Positions 28,413 through 39,476 are shown, counted from the stretch's first letter. The stretch is 64,000 nucleotides of DNA from Rhodomicrobiaceae bacterium (GCA_050298295.1 JBNKTW010000071.1:7092-71091); one strand, 5' to 3'. Notes: generated by a model from the sequence alone, not told the origin. Translations and numbers: made by a program.

Positions 28413-28913
28413 CTATTTACCCTCGTCAAAGGGATGCAGCTCCACCTCGGCCACGGCCACCGCGGCATTAAGCCCGGTCTGGCCCTGGATGCTGAGCGGC
28501 TGCAGCGAGATGGTGTTGTCCGATCCGCCGGCCAGCACATGCGCGCCGCCGCCGATAACCGCTGAAGCGTCCGCCGACACGCCGTAATACTTGCCCGCGA
28601 GTGCGCCGGAGGCAACGCCGCGCGATGGCGCAAGTACGGTCCAGGTCAGATATGCGGTGTTGGTGACGCCAAGGTCGAGGCCGTATTTGTTGATCGAGCC
28701 CACATAGCGCTCGCCTTCGTCGCCGGGGCTTGTCCGGAATACGCAGCGCAGCTCCCGCGTGGAACCGAAGATAAAGCCGGCCCCGCCCTTCACGCCGCAG
28801 GTGAGCAGCCCGATCTCGACCCTTTCTCCCGCAGTGGCGCCGGATGCAAATGCCGCACCTATGGCCATGGCCGTAATTGTAATCGTTTTTAGTAATTTCC
28901 CGGACATCTTCAC
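28413..28913 (-). CDS. DUF992 family secreted protein
   Basis: Signal peptide; GLLTC, FIFGSTRELRC, GALAGKYYG, LQPLSIQGQTGLN. Confidence 0.85.
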   Translation of the reverse strand: MKMSGKLLKTITITAMAIGAAFASGATAGERVEIGLLTCGVKGGAGFIFGSTRELRCVFRTSPGDEGERYVGSINKYGLDLGVTNTAYLTWTVLAPSRGVASGALAGKYYGVSADASAVIGGGAHVLAGGSDNTISLQPLSIQGQTGLNAAVAVAEVELHPFDEGK

Positions 28914-29035
28914 CTCCCAGGCTCCCTCATGCCCGGCTTAGCACTGCCTTAGTAAAAAGAAAACACTGGCCGGTACTTTGAAACAACAAAATAGCGTCAT
29001 CCCGTGCGCGGTGGCGCGCACGGGATGGGGGGCAA

Positions 29036-32000
29036 CTACTTCTCTGGCAGCAGCTTGCCATCGTCCCGCAGCACGACGTAGATCGCGGGGATAACAAGCA
29101 CCGTCAGCAGGGTCGACGAGGCGAGCCCGAACAGGAGCGAGATCGCCAAGCCCTGGAAGATCGGGTCGGCCAGGATCACGGCCGCGCCGATCATGGCGGC
29201 CAGCGCCGTGAGCAGGATCGGCTTGAACCGGATCGCGCCGGCCTCCAGCAGCACCTTCCGCAACGGCGTGTCCGCGTCCCGCCGCTCGCGGATGAAGTCC
29301 ACGAGCAGGATCGAGTTGCGCACAATGATGCCCGCCAGCGCGATGAAGCCGATCATCGAGGTTGCGGTGAACGGCGCGCCGAATATCCAATGCCCCAGCA
29401 TGATGCCGATCAGCGTCAGCGGAACCGGCGTCAGGATCACCAGCGGCAGCTTGAACGAGCCGAACTGCCCAACCACGATGAAGTAGATGCCCATGATGGC
29501 GATGGCGAAGGCCGCGCCCATGTCGCGGAAGGTGACGTAGGTCACTTCCCACTCGCCGTCCCAAAGCAGCGCCGGCTTCGATTCGTCGTCCGGCTGGCCA
29601 TGCAGAATGATCTCCGGTTTCTCGCCGGGGCCCCACTTCGCGTTCTTGATCGCATTATCCACCGCGAGCATGCCATAGATGGGTGCTTCATAAGCGCCGG
29701 CAAGCTCCGCCGTTACCATCTCGGCAGGGCGGCCGTTGTGCCGGAAGATCGGGTAGGAAGACCGCTCTTTCGACAGGCTCACCACATCGCCCATCTCGAC
29801 GATGGAGCGGTTGCCGGGGATGGCGTTGGCCGGAACCGGCGTGGAGAGCGTGTGCTGCGAGACCGACAGCTCTTTCTTCGGCAGGGCGATGGCGATCTCC
29901 ACCGGATGGCGGCCTTCGCCGCGGTAGGAGTAGCCCACCGGCACGCCGGAGAGATAAGCCTGGATCGTGTCGTAGACATCTTTCTGCTCGACTTTGAAGT
30001 ATTCGAGCTTGTCCTGGTCGATGGCCACGCGAAGCCTTTCGGCCGGCACGCCGAAGCTGTCGTCCACATCCACAATAAAGGGGATGCTTTCGAAGATCTT
30101 CCGGACCTTCGCGGCGGTCGCGCGGCGCGCCTCGGGCGTCGGGCCGTAAATCTCCGCCAAGAGCGTCGAGAGCACCGGCGGTCCAGGCGGAACCTCGACC
30201 ACCTTCAGCGCCGTGTGCGGCGGCAGCTTAAGGCTCTTCAGCCGCTTGCGGACATCGAGCGCGATCTGATGGCTTGTGCGGCTCCGCTCCGCTTTGGGTG
30301 TCAGATTGAGCTGCAAGTCGCCCTGCTCGGGGTTGGACCGGAGGTAATAGTGACGCACGAGGCCGTTGAAATTGAACGGTGCGGCCGTGCCGGCGTAAGA
30401 CTGGATCGTGGTCAGCTCCGGCAGGGTCTTGATGCGCGCGGCCGCCTCTTGCAGGATGCGGTCGGTCTCCTCAAGCGAAGAGCCCTTCGGCAGGTCGATT
30501 ACAACTTGCATCTCCGACTTGTTGTCGAAGGGCAGGAGCTTCACCGTCACTGCCTTGAAATAGAAGAGCGTCAAGGACAGGAGCGTGGCCACGCCAACGG
30601 CGATGAGAAACCGCAGCGCGGTCTTACGCGTCCGCAGGATGGGCCGCGCGGTGGCCAGGTAGGCGCGCGCGAGAATGCCGCCGCCCTCGTCATGGCCGTG
30701 GCCGCCCACGTCCTTTTTGCCGAAGCGCACCATCAGCCACGGCGTCACCATTACCGCCACGAAGAACGAGAAGATCATGGCGGCCGACGCGTTGGCCGGG
30801 ATCGGGCTCATATATGGCCCCATCAGTCCCGAGACGAATAGCATCGGCAAGAGCGCCACCACCACGGTAAGCGTGGCGATGATCGTCGGGTTGCCCACCT
30901 CCGCCACGGCCTCGATGGCCGCCTGCGTCCGGCTGCGCCCGTCGTGCATCGCCCAGTGACGCGCGATGTTCTCGATCACGACGATGGCGTCATCGACCAG
31001 AATGCCGATGGAGAAGATCAGCGCGAACAGGCTCACCCGGTTGATGGTGTAGCCCATGATCCAGGAGGCGAAGAGCGTAAGCAGGATCGTGGTTGGGATC
31101 ACGATGAAGACGACGAAGCCTTCGCGCCAGCCGATCGTAAACACGATCAGCGCTACGATGGAGACTGTCGCAAGCCCCAGGTGGAACAGCAGCTCGTCGG
31201 CCTTGTCGCTCGCGGTCGCGCCGTAGTTGCGCGTGACCTCCACGTTAATGTCGCTGGGGATGGCGTTCCCGCGCAGAAGCTCAAGTTTCTGGATGAGCTT
31301 GTCCGCGATATCGACCGCGTTGGCGCCGGCCCGCTTGGCGATGGCGACGGAGACGGAGGGAACGCGGACCAGCTTGCCATTGGGCCCTTTGCTGAAGTTC
31401 CAGGACTTCTGCTCCAGCGGCTTGCCGCCGATCACGATGTTGGCCACGTCGCGCACATAGACGGGGCGGCCGTCGCGGGTCGTGAGCAGCAGGAGCCCGA
31501 TATCGGGGATGCCATGCAGCGTTTGCCCCGCCACCACGGGCACGGAGTGATCGCGGTCGCGGATCTCGCCAGCCTGGAACGAGCGGTTCGCCGACTTCAC
31601 CTTGTCAACGAGCTGCGCCAGCGTGACGCCATAGAGCGAAAGCTTCTCGGGATCGGGCTCGACGCGGATCTGATCGGGCGTGCCGCCGACAAGATAGGTG
31701 AGGCCGGTGTTGTCCACCTTGGCTAGTTCGATCCGAAGGTTCTCCGCCAGATGATAAAGCGCGCTCGGCGTCCAGCGGTCCGCGGCCTCGGGTTTCGGCG
31801 AGAGCGTCAGGGAGAGGATGGCCACATCGTCGATGCCGCGGCCCACGATAAGCGGCTCGGGGATGCCGATGGGGATGCGGTCGAGATTGGCGCGGACCTT
31901 GTCGTGCACGCGCAGGATCGCTTCGTCCGCCTTCGTGCCCACGAGGAAGCGCGCCGTCACCAGCACCCGGTCGTCATAGGTGTAGCTGTAGACGTGCTCG

Positions 32001-32245
32001 ACACCGTTGATCGCCTTCACGATGGTCTCAAGCGGCTCGGTTACAAGCCGCATGGCATCCTGGGCCTTGAGGCCGTCGGCGCGGACCTGGATGTCCACCA
32101 TCGGCACGGAGATCTGTGGTTCCTCCTCGCGCGGCAGCATGACCAGCGCGATGCTGCCCAAGGCCAGGGCGGAAAGCAGGAGAAGGGGCGTCAGCTTGGA
32201 GGAGATGAACGCCTTGGTGAGGTTTCCGGAGATGCCCAGCTTCAT
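29036..32245 (-). CDS. RND efflux transporter permease (AcrB/D/F family)
   Basis: 1069 aa; GILVDDAIVVIEN, GIIVRNSILLVDF, RFKPILLT. Confidence 0.95.
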   Translation of the reverse strand: MKLGISGNLTKAFISSKLTPLLLLSALALGSIALVMLPREEEPQISVPMVDIQVRADGLKAQDAMRLVTEPLETIVKAINGVEHVYSYTYDDRVLVTARFLVGTKADEAILRVHDKVRANLDRIPIGIPEPLIVGRGIDDVAILSLTLSPKPEAADRWTPSALYHLAENLRIELAKVDNTGLTYLVGGTPDQIRVEPDPEKLSLYGVTLAQLVDKVKSANRSFQAGEIRDRDHSVPVVAGQTLHGIPDIGLLLLTTRDGRPVYVRDVANIVIGGKPLEQKSWNFSKGPNGKLVRVPSVSVAIAKRAGANAVDIADKLIQKLELLRGNAIPSDINVEVTRNYGATASDKADELLFHLGLATVSIVALIVFTIGWREGFVVFIVIPTTILLTLFASWIMGYTINRVSLFALIFSIGILVDDAIVVIENIARHWAMHDGRSRTQAAIEAVAEVGNPTIIATLTVVVALLPMLFVSGLMGPYMSPIPANASAAMIFSFFVAVMVTPWLMVRFGKKDVGGHGHDEGGGILARAYLATARPILRTRKTALRFLIAVGVATLLSLTLFYFKAVTVKLLPFDNKSEMQVVIDLPKGSSLEETDRILQEAAARIKTLPELTTIQSYAGTAAPFNFNGLVRHYYLRSNPEQGDLQLNLTPKAERSRTSHQIALDVRKRLKSLKLPPHTALKVVEVPPGPPVLSTLLAEIYGPTPEARRATAAKVRKIFESIPFIVDVDDSFGVPAERLRVAIDQDKLEYFKVEQKDVYDTIQAYLSGVPVGYSYRGEGRHPVEIAIALPKKELSVSQHTLSTPVPANAIPGNRSIVEMGDVVSLSKERSSYPIFRHNGRPAEMVTAELAGAYEAPIYGMLAVDNAIKNAKWGPGEKPEIILHGQPDDESKPALLWDGEWEVTYVTFRDMGAAFAIAIMGIYFIVVGQFGSFKLPLVILTPVPLTLIGIMLGHWIFGAPFTATSMIGFIALAGIIVRNSILLVDFIRERRDADTPLRKVLLEAGAIRFKPILLTALAAMIGAAVILADPIFQGLAISLLFGLASSTLLTVLVIPAIYVVLRDDGKLLPEK

Positions 32246-33303
32246 GGCTTCACCAGCCTGTCGCCGGCCCGCAAGCCGCCAAGCACCTCAATGAAGTCCG
32301 AGCCTCCCTCCTCAGCCCGTGCGGGCTGGCCGGGCTGGACGACCACATCCATTGTCTTGCCGTCCTTCCCTTGAAGCCGGACATAGTCAAGTCCGAAATG
32401 CCTGAACAGATAGGCGCGTGGCACGATGATGGTCCGCCGCTTGCCGCCCGAGATCCAGACGAGAACCCGTTCGCCCACGAAGTATTTACCAAGGCCATCG
32501 GCTTTCGCGTCCGCGATGACGCGGCCGTCCTGCAACTCGGGATAGACGAGCGTGATGATGCCCTTACGAACCGGGGCATCGCTGGTTGTGGACAGCTCGC
32601 GGCCGGCGACGATCACGGGATCGCCCTTCTTGATGAAGCGCGCGTGGCGCTCCGGCAGTTCAAGCCGCAGCACATAATCATTGGCCGCGATCTTGGCGAT
32701 GGTCTCGCCCGGCATGACCACGGAGCCGACCGTAACGGGAATGGTCAGAACACGGCCGTTGGCGGGCGCCAGCACATCGCCTTCCTTGACCTGCTGGGTT
32801 ATCACTTGGCGCTCGGCTTCCGCCGATTTGAGCGCGTTCGCAGCAACCTCGGACGCCGCCCGCGCCTGGTCGAGCTTGGCGCTGGCCGCGTACCCCTTCT
32901 TGGCAAGCTGCTGCTGACGCTCCAGCTCTGCCCGCGCGGTTTTGGCGCGCGACCTGAGCCCGACGATTAGTGCATCGAGCGCCCGCATCCGAAGCGCGAG
33001 CTTCTCATCGGTGACGGTAGCAAGCACATCGCCCATCTTCACCTCGGAGCCCTTGTTGATGGCAAGCGAGGCGACGGTGCCGCCGGTGCGCACCCGGGCG
33101 TTAATTTCGTCGGTGCTGCGGACGGTGCCGAACACCGCCTTGAGATCGTCGATGGAACGTTCCTTCACCACGAACGTATCGGCTGCCGTGGCCACGCCGG
33201 AAATGCCGGCCAGAATTAGAGCGGATAACACGCCGGCAATCGCCTGGCGGTTAGCAGCAAGAAATTGGATAGTGCGGGCACTTTTTGTCACGCCGGTCTC
33301 CAT
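32242..33303 (-). CDS. RND efflux periplasmic adaptor (MFP)
   Basis: Lipoyl/coiled-coil pattern, APANGRV, overlap with the RND start. Confidence 0.92.
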   Translation of the reverse strand: METGVTKSARTIQFLAANRQAIAGVLSALILAGISGVATAADTFVVKERSIDDLKAVFGTVRSTDEINARVRTGGTVASLAINKGSEVKMGDVLATVTDEKLALRMRALDALIVGLRSRAKTARAELERQQQLAKKGYAASAKLDQARAASEVAANALKSAEAERQVITQQVKEGDVLAPANGRVLTIPVTVGSVVMPGETIAKIAANDYVLRLELPERHARFIKKGDPVIVAGRELSTTSDAPVRKGIITLVYPELQDGRVIADAKADGLGKYFVGERVLVWISGGKRRTIIVPRAYLFRHFGLDYVRLQGKDGKTMDVVVQPGQPARAEEGGSDFIEVLGGLRAGDRLVKP

Positions 33304-33447
33304 TGGGGGAATTTTGCCGGAATTTAGGCGAGGAGCGTTCTGCCGTCTGTGACTTAGTCACTGCTGCACCCTTTTACCACAAAAAGGCTGAGCGAATCCT
33401 GTGCATTAAGGCCCGGTGCTCCGGGCGCCCTCCCACCGGCGGCGCGC

Positions 33448-34746
33448 TTAACGTCTCGCTTCCATTGCAATCATGGTGAACGTTGCCAGCACGACGGCGA
33501 TATTTTTGGTCAGCGGTCCCAGCGGCTCGATCCAGGCTTCCGGCACGGCGAAGCAGGCGAGGATCGTGAAAACGGCGATGGTTGCGAGCTGAAGCAGGCC
33601 GGTCAAAACGGGCCTGACATTGAAGAAAAGCATGAGCCCGAGCGCCCCGTCCACCGCCGCTCCGCCATAAATGAGGGCCAAGGATTGCCAGCCGGAGACG
33701 CCGAGCCCCGCCACCATCGCCATGCTCTTTTCGAGCGGATAGACGAAGGCCGATACGATGGCCGTGGCGACCCAGATGATGGCAAGGCCGATGCGCAGCG
33801 CCGGCCGCAGGAAGAACAGGCGCGCGTGCCAGAGCGCCGCCTCGGTGGAAGGCTCCGAAGCGAGCGCCGCGCCAAGCTCGCGCGGCGTCCAGCAGAGGGC
33901 CTCGGACAGGGGCTCTACGGGGGCAGAGTTGCCGCGCTTGAGCATGGCAAGGCTGTCCCGCGACAGCGCGTCGAAACCGAGAAGCCGCGCGAGCGGGATC
34001 GAAGCCCGAAGCGCCCATTCCGGCACAGGAAACGCGTGCGCCGGCGCAAGCCCCAGCCATCGCCGCAGCGCTTGCGTCAGCCCGTCCGTGGTCATTGGCG
34101 CGGGGCCAACCAGATCCAGCACGGGCGGCGCGGCTTCCTTCCGCTCAATGAGCAGCCGCACAGCAACCACGAGATCCGCGATGTGGACCGGTTGAACCCG
34201 CCAGGTTCCGTCGCCAAGGCGCGGCGGCCACGGCAGGGCCGCTAGCGCCGCGAATAACGCCGTGCTCTGCCCGCCCTGGCCAATCACGAGCGAAGGCCGG
34301 ACGACGGTCCAGCCGGAGAGGCCATGCTCTCGCGCGAACTGCATACAGCGCTGGTCCGCCGCCGCCTTCGTCAGGTGGAATTGCGTCTCCGCCCCCTCGC
34401 CCGCGCCGAGCGCCGAAATCTGGATGAGTTTGGGAATTTTCAGCGCCGCGCAGGCTTCGAACAGCGCGGCGGGACCGGTGATATGAACCTGCTCGAAGCT
34501 GTTCGCGCCGTGCCCTTTAAAAATTCCGGCGGCATTGATGACGGCGTCCACATTCGCAAGCCGCGCGCGCCAATCGCCGGCGCTGTCCTTCGCGAAGTCG
34601 CAAGCGGCGGCCTCCGCATTGGGAAAAAGGCGCTGGAGCCGGTCTGGGCCGCGCCCGCAGGCAACCACCTCGTGGCCCGCGTCCTGCAGCGCCGCCGCGA
34701 TCCTGCCGCCAATAAAGCCGCCCGCCCCGGCAATCAGAATGCGCAT
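33448..34746 (-). CDS. NAD(P)-dependent SDR/epimerase with C-terminal DoxX-like membrane domain
   Basis: GAGGFIG, RPSLVIG, QPVHIADL; C-terminal TM helices ending PLGPLTKN. Confidence 0.85.
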   Translation of the reverse strand: MRILIAGAGGFIGGRIAAALQDAGHEVVACGRGPDRLQRLFPNAEAAACDFAKDSAGDWRARLANVDAVINAAGIFKGHGANSFEQVHITGPAALFEACAALKIPKLIQISALGAGEGAETQFHLTKAAADQRCMQFAREHGLSGWTVVRPSLVIGQGGQSTALFAALAALPWPPRLGDGTWRVQPVHIADLVVAVRLLIERKEAAPPVLDLVGPAPMTTDGLTQALRRWLGLAPAHAFPVPEWALRASIPLARLLGFDALSRDSLAMLKRGNSAPVEPLSEALCWTPRELGAALASEPSTEAALWHARLFFLRPALRIGLAIIWVATAIVSAFVYPLEKSMAMVAGLGVSGWQSLALIYGGAAVDGALGLMLFFNVRPVLTGLLQLATIAVFTILACFAVPEAWIEPLGPLTKNIAVVLATFTMIAMEARR

Positions 34747-34814
34747 CCTCTCCCCCGAATTGTCATCGCGAGGCAGCCTTGGCGGCCGGGAGTCCGCCCG
34801 GCAAGGGAACCGCT

Positions 34815-35396
34815 TTATAGGCTGATTTTCTTGGCTGCACGAAGCCCGAGCACGAGGGATGCTACCGTGATAGCCGGCATCGCGCCGCTCATGGCAAGGT
34901 TCAAAGCCTCGCGGTAGGGCATACGCTCGACTTCGATAATCTCGGTCGGGTCATGGTGCGGGGCGGAGACCGCCGACACGTTCTCCGCCAGCACCGTGTG
35001 GCAGAAATTGGTGTGGCTCGCCGCGTTGACGGCAAGCTTCGAAACGGGCGTGAGCGATCCGGTGGCCTGGTAGCCAGTCTCTTCGAGAAGCTCACGGGCC
35101 GCCGCTTCGAGCACAGGCTCGCCCGCCTCGATGCCGCCCGCGGGCAGCCCTAGCGCAATGCGCTGCAGCCCGTGCCGGTATTGGCGCACCAGGATCAGAT
35201 GATCCTCGGCGTCGAGGGCGACGACGTGCACCCAATCCGGGTATTCCACCACGTAAAAGGGAGATATTTCAAAACCTTCCGCCGTAACGCAATCGTCTGC
35301 GCGTACTGACATCCAGGGACTGCGTATCACATGCTTCGAACTCCTCACCGTCCATGGCTTAAGCTTACTATTCACAATCTTCTCCCCAAACTCCAT
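34815..35396 (-). CDS. NUDIX hydrolase (ADP-ribose pyrophosphatase-like)
   Basis: Nudix box GGIEAGEPVLEAAARELLEETG; QYRH. Confidence 0.92.
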   Translation of the reverse strand: MEFGEKIVNSKLKPWTVRSSKHVIRSPWMSVRADDCVTAEGFEISPFYVVEYPDWVHVVALDAEDHLILVRQYRHGLQRIALGLPAGGIEAGEPVLEAAARELLEETGYQATGSLTPVSKLAVNAASHTNFCHTVLAENVSAVSAPHHDPTEIIEVERMPYREALNLAMSGAMPAITVASLVLGLRAAKKISL

Positions 35397-35632
35397 GCTT
35401 CAGCACTGCGCAAACGCGCACCAGACGCGGGCACAGCCAATAATGCGGCCATCACGGGAAAGTATCAACATAATGGCTTATACTGGCAGGCGTAGCCACA
35501 CCATCCGGTGGCGGAAACCGTCGCACAGCAGGAATCCGAAACAAGCTAATAAGCGCCAAAACACGCACGCAGCGCCTGTCCAGCGCCGCGGCGATGTCAC
35601 CGGCGGGTAGAGCCCCGTCCCTGCTCCAGCCC

Positions 35633-36274
35633 TTAAGCGGACTGGAAAAGGCTAGGCCCTTCGAGAACCGGCTCGTCGCGCACCTGCGGCGTCTTGGCGG
35701 ACCCCACGCTGAGGAACGAGAAGAACCGCCGCCGCCGGTGCTCTTTCTGGTCGCGCTCCTGCTTCTTGAGGTGCTGCGCGAGCGCGAGATAGGGATTGGC
35801 AAGCTCGCTGTCGTCAGCCGCCCCCTTGGCGATCCGGTGCCAGATCACGCCAAGCGGACGCCGGGTCTTGACCTCGATGGCGCCGATAACCATCACGGCG
35901 ACATAGGGCAGGATCTTTTGCAGCGCTCCGGCGTCCATGGACAGAACCTTGGTCCGGTTCTCGACGATCTTCTTGACGCGGGCGTCGCGCACAAAAAGGT
36001 ATTCGATCACCCGCTCGCCTTCTTTTTGCACCTGGCCGTGCCCGAAGATGCGCGGATCGTCGAGGAAGCGGTCGTACCGGCGCGAGCCCAGGAACTCCAG
36101 AACCGACAACAGCCCTTCCGGCGTCTGCGCGCGCTTTTCGATGGCCTTGGCCATCGGCGGGATGAAATACCGGACAGCTTGCGCCATCAGCTCATCCGTA
36201 AAGCCGAAAGCCTGCCCCATGTTCGAGAATGCGCGGCCGCCCTGCGCGCTTGCGATGATTTGAAAAAGCTTCAT
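35633..36274 (-). CDS. DUF937-like protein
   Basis: SAQGG..MGQAFG N-terminus and G..V..YLF, ..LQKILP pattern. Confidence 0.65.
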   Translation of the reverse strand: MKLFQIIASAQGGRAFSNMGQAFGFTDELMAQAVRYFIPPMAKAIEKRAQTPEGLLSVLEFLGSRRYDRFLDDPRIFGHGQVQKEGERVIEYLFVRDARVKKIVENRTKVLSMDAGALQKILPYVAVMVIGAIEVKTRRPLGVIWHRIAKGAADDSELANPYLALAQHLKKQERDQKEHRRRRFFSFLSVGSAKTPQVRDEPVLEGPSLFQSA

Positions 36275-36624
36275 AGCTCGCCTCGTTCCGCCTGATTGGC
36301 TCGCGAGGCGATCATGCGCCTCTTAAGCCGGTCCCCCTGGGAAACTCGCTCTACGCACCAACGCCATCCTTCTCGGCCTTTGAAATTGCAGCCGAATCAC
36401 TAAGCACTAATAAATTGTAAACAATTTCGCCCCCTTGCGAACGGCTATCTCGCCGGTTCGCCTCAAATCCATCACACCCGTTGCAGAACTACATCACAAC
36501 CGGCAAGTGGGAACAAAGCACACTTCGGTGGTTCCAGGCTTTCGCAGCCGTAGTGAAGGAGGCGGACACAGCACCTCCGGGGGCAGCCGGCGTCCGCATT
36601 GGCTGGGAGGCTTCCTAACCGGAA

Positions 36625-37521
36625 TTAGAACGACCATTCGCGCGACTTCGCGACAAGGAAGTCGCGGAAGGCATTGACGCGCTTGGTATCTTTCAGGTCT
36701 TCCGGATAGACGAAGAACGTATCGAACACCGGCATTTCCATGTTTTCCAGGACGTGGACCAGGCGCTGATCGTCCTTCGCGAGATAGTCCGGGAGCACGG
36801 CCACGCCGATGCCGTGCACGACCGCCTCGCGCAGCGCGACAAGGCTGTTGATCCGGAGCGCCGGCTCGCGCGGCCCCTTGCCGTCGCGGTTTGCCGTCTC
36901 AAGCCAATTCATCTCCTTGAACGGGCTCGGCACCGGCACGCCGTAGGTCAGAATGCGGTGGTTGTCGAGATCGCCAGGAGACTGCGGCTTGCCATGGCGC
37001 TTCACATACTCATGCGAGGCGTAGATGTGGTAATGCGCGGTGAACAGCCTGCGCCGCACGAGATCCTGCTGGGTGGGAGCGCCGAACCAGATCGCCACAT
37101 CCGCTTCGCGCATGGTGAGATTGATGATCTCGTCGCCAAGCAGGAGGTTGAGCTGGATATCCGGATAGAGCTTCATGAACTCGTTCAGGCGCGGCGTGAG
37201 CCAGCCCGTGCCGAACGCCTGCGTCGTCGCCACCCTTAGCTCGCCGCTGGGCTTGCCCCGCGAATCCGCGAGCAGGATTTGCGTTGTCGCAAGCTTGTGC
37301 AGCACGTCCTGCGCGGTCCGGTAGAGCAGTTCGCCTTGCTCGGTCAGCACCAGGCCGCGCGCATGGCGGTGGAACAGGGGAACGTTCAAGTCCCGTTCCA
37401 GCGCGCTGATGTGGCGGCTGACAGCGGACTGGCTGATGGCCAGCGCCTCGCCCGCGTGCGTGAAGCTTCCCGCCTCGGCGGCGGCATGAAAAATGCGCAG
37501 CTTGTCCCAATCCAAGGGCAC
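36625..37521 (-). CDS. lsrB: LysR regulator, LsrB/VtlR-like
   Basis: LDWDKLRIFHAAAEAGSFTHA; downstream of trxB and divergent from lrp, as for rhizobial lsrB/vtlR. Confidence 0.8.
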   Translation of the reverse strand: MPLDWDKLRIFHAAAEAGSFTHAGEALAISQSAVSRHISALERDLNVPLFHRHARGLVLTEQGELLYRTAQDVLHKLATTQILLADSRGKPSGELRVATTQAFGTGWLTPRLNEFMKLYPDIQLNLLLGDEIINLTMREADVAIWFGAPTQQDLVRRRLFTAHYHIYASHEYVKRHGKPQSPGDLDNHRILTYGVPVPSPFKEMNWLETANRDGKGPREPALRINSLVALREAVVHGIGVAVLPDYLAKDDQRLVHVLENMEMPVFDTFFVYPEDLKDTKRVNAFRDFLVAKSREWSF

Positions 37522-37548
37522 GGCTTTTGCCTCCAGGACTCCAGGCCC

Positions 37549-38511
37549 CTAGCTGGCGGCCTCAGCCTGCGTTTCCGAGCTTGCCAGATAGCGTTCGGCG
37601 TCCAGGGCGGCCATGCAGCCCATGCCGGCAGCGGTGACGGCCTGGCGGTAGGTGTCGTCGGTCACGTCGCCCGCGGCGAACACGCCCGGTACATTTGTAG
37701 CAGCGGATTTGGCGGCGGTCACGATATAACCCGAGGGCTTCATCTCCACCTGCCCCTTGAATATGCCGGTAGCGGGGGCGTGGCCGATGGCGATGAACAC
37801 GCCATCCACGGCAAGCTCGCTAACCGCGCCGCTCTTTACGTCGCGCAGCTTTACGCCGGTGACGCCTTTCGGGTTCTCGCCTCCCACTACCTCCTCCAGC
37901 GTGGCGTTCCAGACCACCTTCACCTTCGGATTCGCGAACAGCCTCTGCTGCAGGATCTTCTCGGCGCGGAGCGAATCCCGGCGGTGGATCACCGTCACGG
38001 AGCGGGCGAAATTGGTGAGGAATATCGCCTCCTCGACCGCGGAATTGCCGCCGCCGATGACCGCAACGTCCTTGCCCCTATAGAAGAAGCCGTCGCAGGT
38101 CGCGCAGGCGGATACGCCGTAGCCCTGGAATTTCTGCTCGCTTGGCAGGCCGAGCCAGCGGGCCTGAGCGCCCGTGCAAATGATCACAGCCTTCGCAGTG
38201 TAGGCCGTGCCGGAATCGCCTTGCAGCGTGAACGGCCGCCGCGCAAAGTCCACAGAGACGATGTGATCCTGCACAATTTCCGCGCCCACATGCTGCGCCT
38301 GCGCGCGCATCTGCTCCATGAGCCACGGGCCCTGGATCGCTTCCGCGAAGCCCGGATAATTCTCAACATCGGTGGTTATGGTGAGCTGCCCGCCCGGCTG
38401 TATGCCTTCGATCAGGACCGGCTGCAGCATGGCGCGGGCCGCATAGATCGCCGCCGTGTAGCCCGCCGGGCCGGACCCAACGATAACGAGCTTCGCCTTT
38501 CGCTCCGTCAT
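37549..38511 (-). CDS. trxB: Thioredoxin-disulfide reductase
   Basis: [35 protein letters not shown]. Confidence 0.97.
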   Translation of the reverse strand: MTERKAKLVIVGSGPAGYTAAIYAARAMLQPVLIEGIQPGGQLTITTDVENYPGFAEAIQGPWLMEQMRAQAQHVGAEIVQDHIVSVDFARRPFTLQGDSGTAYTAKAVIICTGAQARWLGLPSEQKFQGYGVSACATCDGFFYRGKDVAVIGGGNSAVEEAIFLTNFARSVTVIHRRDSLRAEKILQQRLFANPKVKVVWNATLEEVVGGENPKGVTGVKLRDVKSGAVSELAVDGVFIAIGHAPATGIFKGQVEMKPSGYIVTAAKSAATNVPGVFAAGDVTDDTYRQAVTAAGMGCMAALDAERYLASSETQAEAAS

Positions 38512-38735
38512 GGCGATTCCTCTCCCCTTAACCTTATGTGTTGCATCGCACAAGTAAGCTTGCATGGGGTTTTTGCAAGAAGATATGGCTGGGGCGCGGC
38601 GACTGGGCGCGGGGCCGGCGCCCCCATCCGCTCACATTAGAGAAACTTTTCTTCTGAATTTGCATTTTTTGATCTTAATCATTTTTTATCCTGCCCCTGC
38701 CGGTTATTAGAATTGGTTTAGGCTAGAGGGCGCCC

Positions 38736-39236
38736 ATGGCCTCTATACGGACGCTTAACGACGTGAACAAACCCACGAAATTGGATGCCACCGACTGGCG
38801 AATACTGACCGAACTGCAAAGAAATGGACGGATAACCAATGTAGAGCTTGCCAGCCGGGTGGGCCTTTCGGCTCCACCTTGCCTTAGGCGCGTGCGCGAG
38901 CTGGAGCGCGCCGGCGTTATTTCCGGATATCACGCGGCGTTCAACCTGCCCCGGCTCGGGTTCCACCTGACCGCGTTCGCTTACGTGAAGCTCGAAAGCC
39001 AGTCCGAGGCCGACCTGTCGGCGTTCGAAACGCGCACGCGCCAGTGGGAAATCGTGCGCGAGGCGCACATGCTGTCCGGCGAAATCGATTTCCTGCTGAA
39101 GTGCGTGGCCCCCGATGTCGTGACGTTTCAGAACTTTGTCATCCGTGAGCTGACGGCCGCGCCGAACGTCAGTTCGGTGAAAACGGCCATTACGATCAAG
39201 ACCGCGAAGCAGGAGCCGGGCGCGCCACTGGAGTGA
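38736..39236 (+). CDS. Lrp/AsnC family regulator
   Basis: LDATDWRIL, ITNVELASRVGLSAPPCLRRVR, GEIDFLLK. Confidence 0.94.
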   Translation: MASIRTLNDVNKPTKLDATDWRILTELQRNGRITNVELASRVGLSAPPCLRRVRELERAGVISGYHAAFNLPRLGFHLTAFAYVKLESQSEADLSAFETRTRQWEIVREAHMLSGEIDFLLKCVAPDVVTFQNFVIRELTAAPNVSSVKTAITIKTAKQEPGAPLE

Positions 39237-39386
39237 AGGGCGCGGAGAGGCGGAAATCGCCTGCCCCGCTGCCTTCGCCGGCCGCCACGGGCGGCGCCCG
39301 GCAGGCGACGGCAGTTCGTGCGCCGTTTCTGGCGGCTGTGCGCGTTCTTGCTGGCACCGCGCAATCTCCCAAAGGCGCTGCAACGG

Positions 39387-39476
39387 CGTCATCGCGAGGC
39401 GGCCTTGGCCGCCATGGCAATCCATGGCAGCGCCGGCAGCCCGGCCGTGGATTGCTTCGCTTCGCTCGCAATGGCA
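39387..39476. repeat. REP doublet, GTCATTGCGAGCGAAGCGAAGCAATCC family
   Basis: CGTCATCGCGAGGCGGCCTTGGCCGCCATGGCAATCCA ... TGGATTGCTTCGCTTCGCTCGCAATGGC. Confidence 0.8.
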
